Virus record (IMG/VR): IMGVR_UViG_3300027370_000004
Coordinates: 1-63,636 of that record
Source: a virus
Lineage: Duplodnaviria > Caudoviricetes
Length of the DNA stretch: 63,636 nucleotides
Strand: one strand, 5' to 3'
A program made the position numbers and the translations under genes. The notes beneath the pieces were generated by a model. That model ran no database searches, was not told the origin of the DNA, and worked only from the letters and a program-made list of their open reading frames with translations. Below, piece by piece: positions 27,199-38,400 of the stretch. Every line of letters begins with the position of its first letter. Within the stretch, counting starts at the first letter, position 1.

Positions 27199-30100
27199 TT
27201 AATGATCAGCATAAGGTCCGCTCCCACACGGGTTACTGCATGTATATTGATTGTTGGTTTGGGCAGAGTCAATCAAATTCGGAGCGAACCCTAGCGAAGT
27301 GCCATCCGTCGCCTGCCCCGCATTCCCTGCCGCGTAAGTGCTGCCCGACACCAAACTCCAACTGTGCCAGTCGTTCAAAAACGCCGGAATGCTCGAAGTG
27401 CTCATTACGCCCGTAAATCCCGCACATCCCGAAGTTGGACTAGAGCCAGTGCAATTCGCCGTAGGCGTGACGTAGACGTTTGTGGGCGGCGAGATCGTGC
27501 CCGGATATTGCGTGTAGCAGGAAGCTCCAGTGAAGCCCGGACAGGTGATTGCAGAGCGGCCCGTAATCAGTAGATTGTTGAAACTCAGGGTAGAGGGATC
27601 GAATGCCTTTGTTTCTGTTCTGGTGCCTTCGGCATAGACTGAATTGGCTCCGCCATTCACGATAATGGAGTTGGCCAGAGAGAGGCCGCGAGAAAGTGAG
27701 AACGGATTCGTTCCGCCAGACGTAGGGCTGTATGGATCTTGGCCTTGCGTGCCCAAGATATTTGTATTGTGGTTATAGATGACATTTTCAGTCCAGCCTT
27801 GGTTATTTGAGAAGGTGCAGCCTGTCGTGGTCGCTGAGGGCGTTCCTGCGTTGGCATAAACCACTGTGAGGCCCGTAGGGTTGGTTCCTGTGAGCGCCAG
27901 TGGTCCCATTGCCGAAGGGCTGGTATTGAATGTCGCATCGGCACAATTCAGGACGGCTACCGGGTCACCGATGTTTTGATCGCTTTGCGTGAGACCTGCC
28001 GCACTGGTTAGGGTCAATATGGCTATCGTGCCCGTGACATCTCGCGAAGCTGTTGCGGTCCAGGTATTCGTCGCCCCTGCGATTCTGAAACCGTACTGAG
28101 GCCCAGAAGTCCCGACTCCTCCGCAGCCCGGATTGTTTACGCTCACATTCTGCATCAGGTTATTCGAGTAATTGTAGAGTTGCGCCGGAAGCGTGACGCC
28201 GCCACCATTGCCAGAACCTGATGCCGAACGCGAACCTAAGCTCACTCCGTTGCAGGAAGAGCGAATCAGATTATTGGTGATCGTCGTATTGTTCTGCGCT
28301 ACCCAGAAGTTGGAGCCTGTCCCGGAAGAAATGTTATCGGTTTTCCACGAAAGAACGAGTCCGCCTTGAGCGCCAGAGTCGTCTACGTTTTCGTCAATAT
28401 TGCCGTCATGAACGATGCGAGTTCCGACCTTGAATTCATGGGCATTCTTTCTCACATAAGAACCTTGCGTCGGAGCCGTTGCCCCTAACCATGCATAGGG
28501 ATAGGTGTAGCGATTCGCCCGATCTTCGATGTCCGAAACGAGAAAGTTTGTAATCGGAATTGCCGCCGAGTACCCTCCGGCAAAAAGTCCTATGGACTGG
28601 CCTTCTACCCAATTGTGATTAATCTTGATTTGCTGCGCGAGGCCCAGATAAATCCCGTGGCCTTCGGACGCGGGCCTTAACGATTTGTCGATATAGCCAT
28701 ACATGGCCGAGCACTGATTGCAGTTGAAAACAATGTCATTCGGAATGACGTTGGTTCCTACTGCCGGAGGTCCGTCTGCCCAATCGCCATGCACGTAGTA
28801 GTAGCCAAGGTGAATGTGTGTTGGTAATTGCAATACCGCGGTTTCCGTCCCGAGGCCGATCTTCACAATAGCCGAAGGCTGTGCAAGTCCTGCCTGTGGG
28901 CGGGCTTCAAAGTTCAGCAGAGCGAAGTTGTGGGGCGCTACGCCGTTACCATCTGGAGAAGCGGTTGAGATCGCATCGCAGTTCGTGGCCGAGCATTCGA
29001 TAGTCCACAGGGAGGCGATATCATTGTAGGCCGACGTATTGGTATTCGTTCCGTTGGCCAAAGTGAATGCGCCAGAAGAAATTGGCGTTACAGTCTGGCC
29101 TAACTGATAGCTCATGGCCGTGCCAGCGCAGCCTATATTTCTGATTCCGGGTTGAGTCGAGGCGGAGAGGTTATCTTGGATTCCGTGGGAGCACGCTGTT
29201 TGACCAATAGTAAGGGGCGAGGTTGACGTAAGGATAATAAAATTGTTCGAGGAATCGCCCGTCGTCTGCGGTAGGAGCAGGCCCGATGTTGCGGTGAATA
29301 GTCCCGGTGGAATATTGATTGTCGTCCCGCTGCCATTCGCCGTTCTGCACGTTTCCGCATCCGCTATCGCCTGATTCAGACTGCTGAGGCTGTTCGCCGT
29401 GTACGCTCCGTAATGAGTCGTCCCGCATATCCAGTTTCCTCCTGTGAGCGTTGCAGGGAAGTTTATCGTATTTGTCGTCGTGCCCACATACTCTAAATTG
29501 TTTACCCAGTTCTGCGGAAGCGTAATCAGACTTGTTGCGCCGCCAGTGAATGAGAAGGTGAAATTTCCAGAAGTGCACCCTGAGTTCGGGGCGCAGCCCT
29601 GAGTATTCCCGCCTACCATCGTCAAAACAAACGCCTGATTCGCCGAGCCTGCCGAATTCGTCGCCGTGAACTGCAACGTTGTAATGGCCGCTACAGTGGG
29701 ATCGCCGCTCAAGGTCGCAGAGCCGTTCCCGTTATCTACAAACGTCACACCCGAAGGGAGAGTGCCGCCCGTCAATGTGAATGTTGGCGTGGGACTGCCT
29801 GTCGCCGTCACCGCGAAACAATTGATTGACGGGCAATTAGCCGCGAGATTCACCGTAAACGTTGCCAGAGGCGCACTGGTGAAGACCGGAGCAGTCCCTG
29901 TCGAAGCGCCGATATAAGTCTGCTGCGCCGCTTTGTAGGGCGCTTGCCACGTCGCTTGCGGGTAAGAAGTTGGGCAGATTCCAGTGGGCAGCGGATAAGT
30001 AGAATCTTCCGCCAACGCCGTATCGCAGAAGTACTCTTCTACGTTATTTGTATAGGGCTGCATCGCCGGAAGATTTCCGGGATAGCCATTTGGCGCTGGG

Positions 30101-33100
30101 AATGCCGGAGGGTTAGTACATGAGGCGTCTGCGGACATTGCTCCTACGGTGCCGCCAGTTGAACACGAGCAAGAGCTTTGTGAACAACTCCCTAGTCCCG
30201 CCGCATTCCCTCCGATATAACAAGCCCCCGGAGTCGATCCCGGAGTCGAGTCCTGCGAAGTTTGGACTGTGATGACGCCATACTGGCCGTTGGGCATTGG
30301 AGAGTTCCAAACCGTTGTCGCCAGCAAAAGAAAATTTCCGCCGTGGTACAAATCTCCGTTCGGAGGCACGCCACCATTGCACCCAATGCTGAAAAGCCAG
30401 TTCGCTTGCAAAGCGTTGTTATCCGGCCCAACATTGTTGGCGAACATGTAGGTTGCTTCGACGTTGGGATTTGTATTTAGGTTCCCGCGCCCTGCAAATG
30501 AGGTTCCTACGCCGTTGGCGCCCTCGAATTGATATTCAATCTTTTCATAGCTCAGATATTCATTCGCGGACTCGAAGGGACAAGCGATAGTGCAGTCCTG
30601 CGACGACTCCCCGCCTTTGGTCAAGCCCATCCCCAAATAGCCGATGGAGTTGGCATAGTGTAAAGCCATCTGCTGAAACAGGGTGTTTTGCCAAACGCGG
30701 CGGGGAAGCTCCCACGGCACGGGTAACGTCGTCGCAAGTACAGCGGTCGTGGGAGAGTTGGGCGAGTTGATATTGATGGCCATGTCCCCAGACATGGTTC
30801 CCGCTACCGACCCGCCCGCGTCCGAGCCACTAAGGCCCGAAATTGTGACTGTATTTGTGCCTACCCCAGTGACCGTGCAGCCCGAGGCACAGGTGTAGTC
30901 CGAGAATCCGCCCGTGGTGATATTTGTGACAATGGCCGTTCCAGTTGGATAGTAAGGCACCGTATTCGTGGTGAAGGTTGCCGAACCGCCCGAGATCGCG
31001 GAAACCGAAAGAACAGGAAGCGAATTACATTGTGGAACGCTGTAGCTGGCTCCGCAGAAACCATCAAGGGGCGGGGCGTGAAGGCCGGAAGAAGCGGTTA
31101 GAGTCCAGACGGCTGCGTTGACTCCCGTGCCATCGGTACAGGGTGAAGTCCCTTTTCCTCCGGCTGCGTTTGTGAAGCAAGCGGGCTGAGAGGTTCCTGT
31201 CTTGCATTCGATGTCGTGCGTGTCGCCATCACCGCGAGGGTTAGAGCATGTCGTTTGCGTCATACGCCAGTATTGAGCAGATGACGCGATGTAGATGTAA
31301 TCACTCGGCGGATAATAGGCAGAATTCTGCCGAGTCAGAATCGGATTCATCGTCACGCCATCGAGAGCCAGTTTATCCGCCCACGCCTGCGAGAAGATGT
31401 AGGCCGGGACCATAGAATTCCCGCCCCCGCCCCCATTGTAGGAAGACGTGTAGAGAATAATGTTATTTATCCGCCCGTAACTTGCGGTCAGATCGACCAT
31501 TGGATCAAAAGAAGAGAAGTTCATTATGGGGAACGATGAACCTTGATCCATGAAAGTGGCGTTCCCCGCTGTACAGGAACCCACACAACTCGCGGGGAGG
31601 GCATAGGTCGCTCCCGTATCGTACTGGCCCGCCGTGTTGCCGGTAAGAATCGAAAGATAATGAGAGTAGCCGGGAGCACTGGAATTCAGGGGCGCTCCGA
31701 ACGTATTGAGTTGCCGTTTCGGATGAGGGCCGCCCAAACACATTCCATTACATGTACCTAAGCCAGTAATCGTAATGACATTGGGACTTGAGGCCGCGTT
31801 CGATTCGACGCTGATCGTGGCAGACTGTGGCGCAGGATAAGTAGGAGCAAACTTGACCGTGATTTGGCACTGTGCGCCAGCCGCCAAGTTACTCGGACAG
31901 TTATCGCTCGGGATGAATATTCCGGCATTCGTCTCAGCGATTCCAGAAATAACCAGCGTTGACGATCCGCCGTTCGAGAGCGTCACGGCCTGAGTAGCGG
32001 AAGTTGTGCCCGCAAGCTGTGCGGCGAATGTCAAAGTCGTGACTGAAAGATTTGCTTGCGGCAACCCTGAATCGACGCTGAGATACCCGCATCCGGAAGT
32101 TGTGGACGTAAACCCGTTGAGCGCCGCCCCAGTCCCTAAGGCCGTGCCGCCCATCCCGTAGTAACAAAGCATAGCCGCATTGGGATAGACCATCGCATCC
32201 GGGATGAAAGTGCCTGTGCCGCACTGCGAGGATTGAGTGACTTCTGCCCCATCCGCGACTCCTCCAGAACACTGCCCTTCCGTTCCTCCAGTCACATCTG
32301 GCCCGATGTTCGGCCAAGGTATGCCAGCGGGCCACCAAGAGGGCTTGGCTGAGTAAATAAACGACGGAGGCAGGGAAGTAGAGGCTGGAACGGGATTCTC
32401 GTACAGGGCGCTTGGAAGGCCCGTGTAGGGCACTTCTGAAAGTCCTCCGCAATAAGACGGCAAGGTTCCCGATCCGCAGAATCGAGCGGCTTTGCTCACT
32501 ACATCCCAGTTGCCCCAGAACATGCTCGTCGTGTTGACTAAGGCGTCTTGCGTCCCGGTTTCAGGGTAAGCCCCGGAATCGATGACGGAGTTGTAAATCG
32601 AAGTTGCCGTCGAAAGGGATTTGTAGCTCGTATGGTAAGCCGCCGTGCAAGCGACCATCGACCCTGCGGTGCAGGTGCCAAAGATATTGCCAATGGCGTT
32701 ATTGTAGCGAGTTCCCGGATTCAGTCTTAGGGCTATCGTGTTCGAGGAAGTCGGCTGCCCATTGTTCTGCTGATGGCCGTCCCAGCGATTCCTGAATTGA
32801 TTATTGAAGACATGCGTCCCATGGAAGCTGTCGGCATAAAGTCCCGCGCCGATATTGCCCTCTTCTAACGTGTAGAGTTGCACGCCGTGAAATTCATCGC
32901 CCTGACTTAGCCAGTTTGCGGAGGCTCCATAGTACGGGTTGCTGCTAAAGTTGTAAGTGGCTACCGAACCTTCACAATCGGAATTGCAAAAGAAAGCCTC
33001 GGCTGGGAACTGGCCGATATTATTCTCGAACAGATCGTCGGACCCGACGAAAACGGAGTATCCATAATCATCTCCTATGTTGCCAAAGTGGTAGGAGTCT

Positions 33101-35418
33101 CTCACTGTGCAGTGATTACAGACGGCAAGCTGAACATGCGCCCAATTTTGCCCGCCACTTACATTTGTGACTGTGCGAACCCCTTTGACCCAGCATCCAG
33201 TGCAGTTATAGAGCGTGATCGGATAGGCATTCGTACTGGTCACGTCCATAGAGAGGTTTTCGACGCCGAAGTTCTGCACGGGACTTGTGGGCCACCATGC
33301 GCCCGGAGTCTGCGATGTTCTCCAGTTTGGCGCATAAATGCCCGGCGTGATTCCTATCGTGTACGGCCCTGTCCCTGTGATACTGGTTACGTTGACGATT
33401 TGCTGCTGGCCGCGAATCGTGCCCAAGGCGGTACTGCCCCGTTCAAACCCATTCGGCCCAGCACCTTGATAACACGCGGCAGAATGGTCGCCGCCCGTGG
33501 TATTCCCCCCGATCTCACAACCCGCATAGAGATTTCCGGTGTCCGATTGATCGTCGATCTGATCCAGAATGATAGGGTTGCCGACCGCGAGATTCGTCTT
33601 GCTGCTGAGGATGATTGAGGTTGCGGCTTGTGTATAAGTTCCTGAGACACCGTTGGTGCCTGTCCATGTGGCCGTATTCGAGGGCCCTCCCGCATAGTTG
33701 TTATCCACAGGCCCAGCACAGATTTGCGTGTTATTGCAATTACTGGAGCCGGAAGAGCCTGTCGGAACAAGGAAAGTCGATGCCGCGCCCGCGCCACGCA
33801 AAGTCACGTTGCTTTTGCCGATAATCTGACCCGTAGGAGCGAAACTGCCAGCGGGAAGGAGGACGTAGGTATTAGCAGGCGCTGAGACGATTGCGGCGTT
33901 AATGGAAGCTGCCGTTACGGTGCCTCCGGTGACGGTCGCGCAAGCTGTTGTCACGCATTGCGTTCGGGCATCGTTAATGTGAGCTGCTCCCGCCTGAGAA
34001 AAATCGATTGCGCGGGATGGACTGAGTACACTGGCCCAAGCTGTAGAACTTTCGGTGAAAGAGAATTCATCCAAGACTTCGGTTGCCGATCCGCCCGCTG
34101 CGCTCACGTCCAATTGCGTTTGGATGCCGGAGTTGTCTCCTTCTGAGTTCGGGAAGGAAGGCTCGGCTGGGAATCCCGTGTATACCGTGCCATCGACAGT
34201 CAGGGAGTCATAGTACATGCAGGGCTGGCCGGAGCAGTTTGTGCTGCCGATGGGATCTCTGTGCGTGACCCAAACAATCGTGTGCCACACTGCTGCCGTG
34301 GTGAGAATCTGGCACGGTACTGCGGTAGCGACCCACGCCCCTCCGCCTGAGTTCGCCGCTTGATTCCAGATATCCCACTTGCCGTTGCCGAGCGTCGGGG
34401 ATTCGCATTGCGAACCCATCATAAAACGCTGGCCGGAATTGAACTGGAATTGATCTTTCTCCGAGGATTGGATATTAGAAACACTCGGATAGCAAACGTG
34501 GTAAATGCCTATGAAGTGCGAGGCGTAATTCTGGATTCCTCCTTTCCACGGCCACAGTACATTTGTCGTCTGTCCGCTGGACAGTCCAGACTGGCCAACA
34601 AGCGTGACTTGCATGGCCGCACCATCAAGCGATGCACATGTCCCTGAATTATTATTGATGGTCTGCGTCGGGAGCGAGGTAGGAGTTCCGGAGCCTCCAG
34701 CGCACAGACTTCCAGCCGGATTGAGGTTACTGCAAGGCGGATTTTGCCAACCCGTCAAAGTGTCGTCTAAGTTTGTAAAGGTTACCGTTTGCGAGAGACA
34801 AGGAAGGCTTGCAAGACAAAGCAGTTGTGCTAGAATCAGTGGGCGCTTGACTGCCTGACACAGCCGAGCGCCCAACACCCTCGCTATGAAGGAGCGAAGA
34901 TGACAAAGAAGTCTACCACTAATCCCCGAGACAAGCGACTCCAGTGGTTCCTTAAGGCGCTTGCCGCACATAATTCTGACGAATGTTTGCTCTGGCCGTT
35001 CGCCCGCCGCAAAGCCTATGGCGTGATTTGGTATAAGAACAAGCGATATGGAGTTCACCGTCTGGCCTATTTTTTCACTTATGGCAAGTGGCCAGAGCCA
35101 GAAGGGATGCACGCTTGCGATGTGGCCTTGTGCTTCAATCCGCGCCACATAGAACCGGGTACACGTCTTGAGAATGAGCAACACTCCCGCGAACGAGGCA
35201 AGTATGCTTGTAACGTGAAATTGACAGAAGATCAGGTGCGGCAGATTCGCGCTGAGTATGTCAGAGGGGATCGCCAGCGAGGTTCGCATGGCCTTGCGCG
35301 AAAATACAAGACAAGTCACGGCCAAATAAAGCGAATTGTAACGCGCCGCTGCTGGGCAAATATCACATAGCCAAAGCCACATCCCAACGAAGGCGAGAGT
35401 GAGAAACCATTTCCGCAT
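27199..35418 (-). CDS. Giant (2739 aa) secreted multidomain putative polysaccharide-binding/depolymerase protein
   Basis: ATG overlaps the upstream TAA. Hydrophobic N-terminus and a second signal-like stretch before Q210. Contains beta-helix repeats, an ASH/choice-of-anchor-D-like domain, a He_PIG Ig domain and many Cys pairs. Confidence 0.75.
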   Translation of the reverse strand: MRKWFLTLAFVGMWLWLCDICPAAARYNSLYLAVTCLVFSRKAMRTSLAIPSDILSANLPHLIFCQFHVTSILASFAGVLLILKTCTRFYVARIEAQGHIASVHPFWLWPLAISEKIGQTVNSISLVLIPNHAIGFAAGERPEQTFVRIMCGKRLKEPLESLVSGISGRLLCHLRSFIARVLGARLCQAVKRPLILAQLLCLASLPCLSQTVTFTNLDDTLTGWQNPPCSNLNPAGSLCAGGSGTPTSLPTQTINNNSGTCASLDGAAMQVTLVGQSGLSSGQTTNVLWPWKGGIQNYASHFIGIYHVCYPSVSNIQSSEKDQFQFNSGQRFMMGSQCESPTLGNGKWDIWNQAANSGGGAWVATAVPCQILTTAAVWHTIVWVTHRDPIGSTNCSGQPCMYYDSLTVDGTVYTGFPAEPSFPNSEGDNSGIQTQLDVSAAGGSATEVLDEFSFTESSTAWASVLSPSRAIDFSQAGAAHINDARTQCVTTACATVTGGTVTAASINAAIVSAPANTYVLLPAGSFAPTGQIIGKSNVTLRGAGAASTFLVPTGSSGSSNCNNTQICAGPVDNNYAGGPSNTATWTGTNGVSGTYTQAATSIILSSKTNLAVGNPIILDQIDDQSDTGNLYAGCEIGGNTTGGDHSAACYQGAGPNGFERGSTALGTIRGQQQIVNVTSITGTGPYTIGITPGIYAPNWRTSQTPGAWWPTSPVQNFGVENLSMDVTSTNAYPITLYNCTGCWVKGVRTVTNVSGGQNWAHVQLAVCNHCTVRDSYHFGNIGDDYGYSVFVGSDDLFENNIGQFPAEAFFCNSDCEGSVATYNFSSNPYYGASANWLSQGDEFHGVQLYTLEEGNIGAGLYADSFHGTHVFNNQFRNRWDGHQQNNGQPTSSNTIALRLNPGTRYNNAIGNIFGTCTAGSMVACTAAYHTSYKSLSTATSIYNSVIDSGAYPETGTQDALVNTTSMFWGNWDVVSKAARFCGSGTLPSYCGGLSEVPYTGLPSALYENPVPASTSLPPSFIYSAKPSWWPAGIPWPNIGPDVTGGTEGQCSGGVADGAEVTQSSQCGTGTFIPDAMVYPNAAMLCYYGMGGTALGTGAALNGFTSTTSGCGYLSVDSGLPQANLSVTTLTFAAQLAGTTSATQAVTLSNGGSSTLVISGIAETNAGIFIPSDNCPSNLAAGAQCQITVKFAPTYPAPQSATISVESNAASSPNVITITGLGTCNGMCLGGPHPKRQLNTFGAPLNSSAPGYSHYLSILTGNTAGQYDTGATYALPASCVGSCTAGNATFMDQGSSFPIMNFSSFDPMVDLTASYGRINNIILYTSSYNGGGGGNSMVPAYIFSQAWADKLALDGVTMNPILTRQNSAYYPPSDYIYIASSAQYWRMTQTTCSNPRGDGDTHDIECKTGTSQPACFTNAAGGKGTSPCTDGTGVNAAVWTLTASSGLHAPPLDGFCGASYSVPQCNSLPVLSVSAISGGSATFTTNTVPYYPTGTAIVTNITTGGFSDYTCASGCTVTGVGTNTVTISGLSGSDAGGSVAGTMSGDMAININSPNSPTTAVLATTLPVPWELPRRVWQNTLFQQMALHYANSIGYLGMGLTKGGESSQDCTIACPFESANEYLSYEKIEYQFEGANGVGTSFAGRGNLNTNPNVEATYMFANNVGPDNNALQANWLFSIGCNGGVPPNGDLYHGGNFLLLATTVWNSPMPNGQYGVITVQTSQDSTPGSTPGACYIGGNAAGLGSCSQSSCSCSTGGTVGAMSADASCTNPPAFPAPNGYPGNLPAMQPYTNNVEEYFCDTALAEDSTYPLPTGICPTSYPQATWQAPYKAAQQTYIGASTGTAPVFTSAPLATFTVNLAANCPSINCFAVTATGSPTPTFTLTGGTLPSGVTFVDNGNGSATLSGDPTVAAITTLQFTATNSAGSANQAFVLTMVGGNTQGCAPNSGCTSGNFTFSFTGGATSLITLPQNWVNNLEYVGTTTNTINFPATLTGGNWICGTTHYGAYTANSLSSLNQAIADAETCRTANGSGTTINIPPGLFTATSGLLLPQTTGDSSNNFIILTSTSPLTIGQTACSHGIQDNLSASTQPGIRNIGCAGTAMSYQLGQTVTPISSGAFTLANGTNTNTSAYNDIASLWTIECSATNCDAISTASPDGNGVAPHNFALLNFEARPQAGLAQPSAIVKIGLGTETAVLQLPTHIHLGYYYVHGDWADGPPAVGTNVIPNDIVFNCNQCSAMYGYIDKSLRPASEGHGIYLGLAQQIKINHNWVEGQSIGLFAGGYSAAIPITNFLVSDIEDRANRYTYPYAWLGATAPTQGSYVRKNAHEFKVGTRIVHDGNIDENVDDSGAQGGLVLSWKTDNISSGTGSNFWVAQNNTTITNNLIRSSCNGVSLGSRSASGSGNGGGVTLPAQLYNYSNNLMQNVSVNNPGCGGVGTSGPQYGFRIAGATNTWTATASRDVTGTIAILTLTSAAGLTQSDQNIGDPVAVLNCADATFNTSPSAMGPLALTGTNPTGLTVVYANAGTPSATTTGCTFSNNQGWTENVIYNHNTNILGTQGQDPYSPTSGGTNPFSLSRGLSLANSIIVNGGANSVYAEGTRTETKAFDPSTLSFNNLLITGRSAITCPGFTGASCYTQYPGTISPPTNVYVTPTANCTGSSPTSGCAGFTGVMSTSSIPAFLNDWHSWSLVSGSTYAAGNAGQATDGTSLGFAPNLIDSAQTNNQYTCSNPCGSGPYADH
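34809..34897 (+). promoter_or_regulatory. Promoter (TTGCAA-16-TAGAAT, extended -10) and hairpinned leader of the nested HNH gene
   Basis: Stems 34840-34847/34867-34874 and TCGCT/AGCGA covering the SD. Confidence 0.55.
34900..35370 (+). mobile_element. HNH homing endonuclease nested antisense in the giant gene
   Basis: CLLWP...YG...VHRLAY...MHACDVALCFNPRH...TRLEN, plus a KLTEDQVRQIR HTH tail. Confidence 0.9.
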
Positions 35419-38400
35419 TATTTCGGGCCACAGTGATAATTCAGCCAATAAGCGGTTGAGGCCGTCAAGGCCGTAGGCGTTGTGCCATTCGTCCAAGTGA
35501 ACAGATCACTGGCAGTTGTCGGGGTTTTATCTTTTAGCACGGCGATTCCATTCCATGCTCCCGCGCCCGCATCCGAAGCGGTATAGGTGCAGGAAGGCTT
35601 GTTGTAGCCCTGCGGAACGGTGAAAGTCAGAGTAATTGTCCCCGTTCCTGCCGGGGAGCCGCTTCCCGTCGTGGCGATGATGATGCCAGAAGTGTCGGAG
35701 CTTCCCGTATCCAGAGTGCAGGCCGGGGAAGTCCCGCCACCGCTGGTAAATGTGCAGGTCGGAGTACCCGTGGAATTATTCGCCGATCTTGGGGCACCTA
35801 CTACCGTGACTCCGCCACCCGTAACGGAGAATTGCGTGGGAGCCGTCGCAAACATCTGATTATCGTGGAAATCCACATTTGTGATGGTCAGGGTTCCGGC
35901 TGTTGAGGGATCGTAATTACGAATTCCTTGCGCGAAGCTTCCCCCGCCAGTCGAATCGCAAATGTTGTCGGCAATAACGATGTTTTGCTCGACGATATTA
36001 GTTACGCCTGTGCCTAACTGAATTGAATAGCAATAGGGCGTCGTCAGAGAGTTCGTCAAGACCGCAGTGTTGTGGGTGAAGGTGGAATCGCCGAAATAAC
36101 CCTGCGTTTCCAAGCCTCCGTTATGGGTGACGCTCATCATAAAGCAGCCATTGCCGCCATTGATCGCATTCGGGTTCACGCACTTATTGTCGTGGATTCG
36201 ATTTCCGGTACCAGAAGTTGCGAACATCTCGCGCCAAGAGTTCAGTCCTTCATTTCCGGCAAACTCCGTAGCCGTAGCTTTGTCTGTCATCTGGTACATC
36301 TCTGAACATCCGTGAGCATTTGTGCCATGCCCCGCGACAACGTAGGTGATGGTTCCCGTCGCTGTTTGAGAGCCTACGGACGTGGTGAAGGTAAATTGAG
36401 TCGAAGATGCCGTTACGATGGTTTGATTTCCGTTGATTGATCCGCCCGTCGTAGTCGCGCCCGCGATGACCACCGTGGAAGCAACCGGGCTGGTAATCAG
36501 ATTCGGATTGATTGGCACTGTTGCTGTAGCTGTCGTACCGGAGATCACGATGGAAGTTACTGCCAGAGCCGTCGCGCCCGTAGTATCTCCATTGCAGACC
36601 GGGAGATCGTTATAGAAATAATTACCCCTGATGATTGTGCCGTCTGTGAGTCCGAGTCCACCAGAAGACGTAATTCCTACTTCCGCATCGCCTGTGTCTA
36701 CAGTGTTATTATTCGCGCCTTTGTTGTCGAGAAATTCATTGCCTACGGACGGGACCGTATACGTGCAACCTGTGGGAGAGCCGGAAACCACCGAAGTCAA
36801 GGTGTTGTAAGTGAACGAAGTCGTTCCGGTTGAAGTCGCCTGAAACTGGCCGTTGTAAGTGGTGTCTGAACACGTGCCCACAGCGACCTGCATTTGATTG
36901 CCTGTGGAACCCACGAGAGACGCGGCGGAAGTGGTTGCTGTCGCCAAAGTTCCCGAGCCGCTCATCGCGCTCAAATTGATCGTGCCTGTATTGACGCCCC
37001 ACGCGGCCTTGACCGAATGATTGAAGTGCGAATCAATCGTCTTGCAGCGGTAGCAGTTCGCCTGCGAAACTCCGAACGACCCCGCGAAGTCTACGGAGCC
37101 ATGCTCGAACGTATGATAGGCTCCGGACATCGTGACTTCTGTGCCCGCCTGATTAGTTAACGACCCTCCCTTAATTGCGACTCCTAGGATGTGAGAGTCT
37201 TTTCCGCTGGTAATGTTGACTGTTCCTAAAGCTCCGTTGGTCGAGCCGTCCAAAGTGCAGGAGCGCCATTCGTTACACTCGATGATATTGTGATTTCCTG
37301 AGATGTTAATCGTGTTTCCAGAGCCTTCGACGATTGTGGCCGGAGGAAGAATAACGACTTGCCCCGTAGTTGAGGTCATTGTTAGAGAGGTTGAGAATGT
37401 TAGAGTAGCCGTCTCTCCAGAAGCATCCGCGACGACAACTCCAGAGGTTGCAAGGCACGCGGCAATTCTCAGTCCTGCGTTCGCGCCCGTGGCCTTTGTC
37501 GTGTCGCAGTAGCCCGTAATTACTCCAGAGCCGCCCCCGCCCGAAGTCCCGCAAGTAATCCCACCCGAGTGGGTATAGTTAAGATGGTTTCCGCCTGTAT
37601 CGGCGCACGCCGGGAAAGTCAGCGTTTCATAGACCCCAGCAGAGAGTCCGACTACGATTTGATCCGCCGCAACTTGCCCCGTGGGATAAAAAGGAATCTG
37701 CCCAAACGTTCCACCGTTGACGCTTAGATACCAGTTCGTATCACTGGAGACCGCGAAAGCCGATTGCCCTGCGGTTGGCGTGACGCTGCCCGAGGGATAA
37801 GTCGTTTTGAGGTAGTAAGGGCCGGTTCCGATAAAGCTAGTAGCCGTCACTGTGCCATTGACGCTGAGGTTTCCGGTAGACCAAACAAGATTAGAGTTCC
37901 ATCCCGGCAGGCCCGACCCTGTGACATTCATCAAATAGCCCGTGCCGCCGATAGGGAGGGCTGCGAACGCTCCGCCAGTTACATATGGCAACGTTCCGTT
38001 GGCCGCACCAGAGAGATTATTTTGCGCTAATGTCACTGGAGTTAGCGTGTTCATGACTCGCTGCTTGGTCGTGCCGTCGTAATAAGACAATCCTCCAGAA
38101 GTCGCATACCAGACTTGCCCCGTAGACGGGCTTCCGGGATCAGAGCCGGGAGTCAAAAGAATGTTACCTTGGAAGGTTTGCAGGAACGCGCCGAATGTGT
38201 TGACCTGATTATTTAAGACAGCCGGAGCCGTCAGTGAGAGCGTGAAGGTCGATCCCGTGCCACCGCCAGTGATTCCCGTACCGTTATTGATGGTGATAGA
38301 ACTCGTGCTGCACGATCCCCATGTGAGGGCCGAGCCAGTCCAGCAAAGTCCGCCGATAGCAAGAGTAGGCAGATTATGCGAGAGGATGCCCGTTACTTCC

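Noticed and set aside
34820-35370. Group I intron or intein explanation for the nested HNH
   Set aside because: The HNH is antisense, there is too little flanking sequence for a ribozyme core, and I see no intein terminal motifs. Not excluded without an Infernal search or RT-PCR.
35418-35496. ORF-track start of the 2765-aa protein at 35496
   Set aside because: It overlaps the upstream gene by 79 nt. The ATG at 35418 has TAATG coupling and begins a signal-like sequence.
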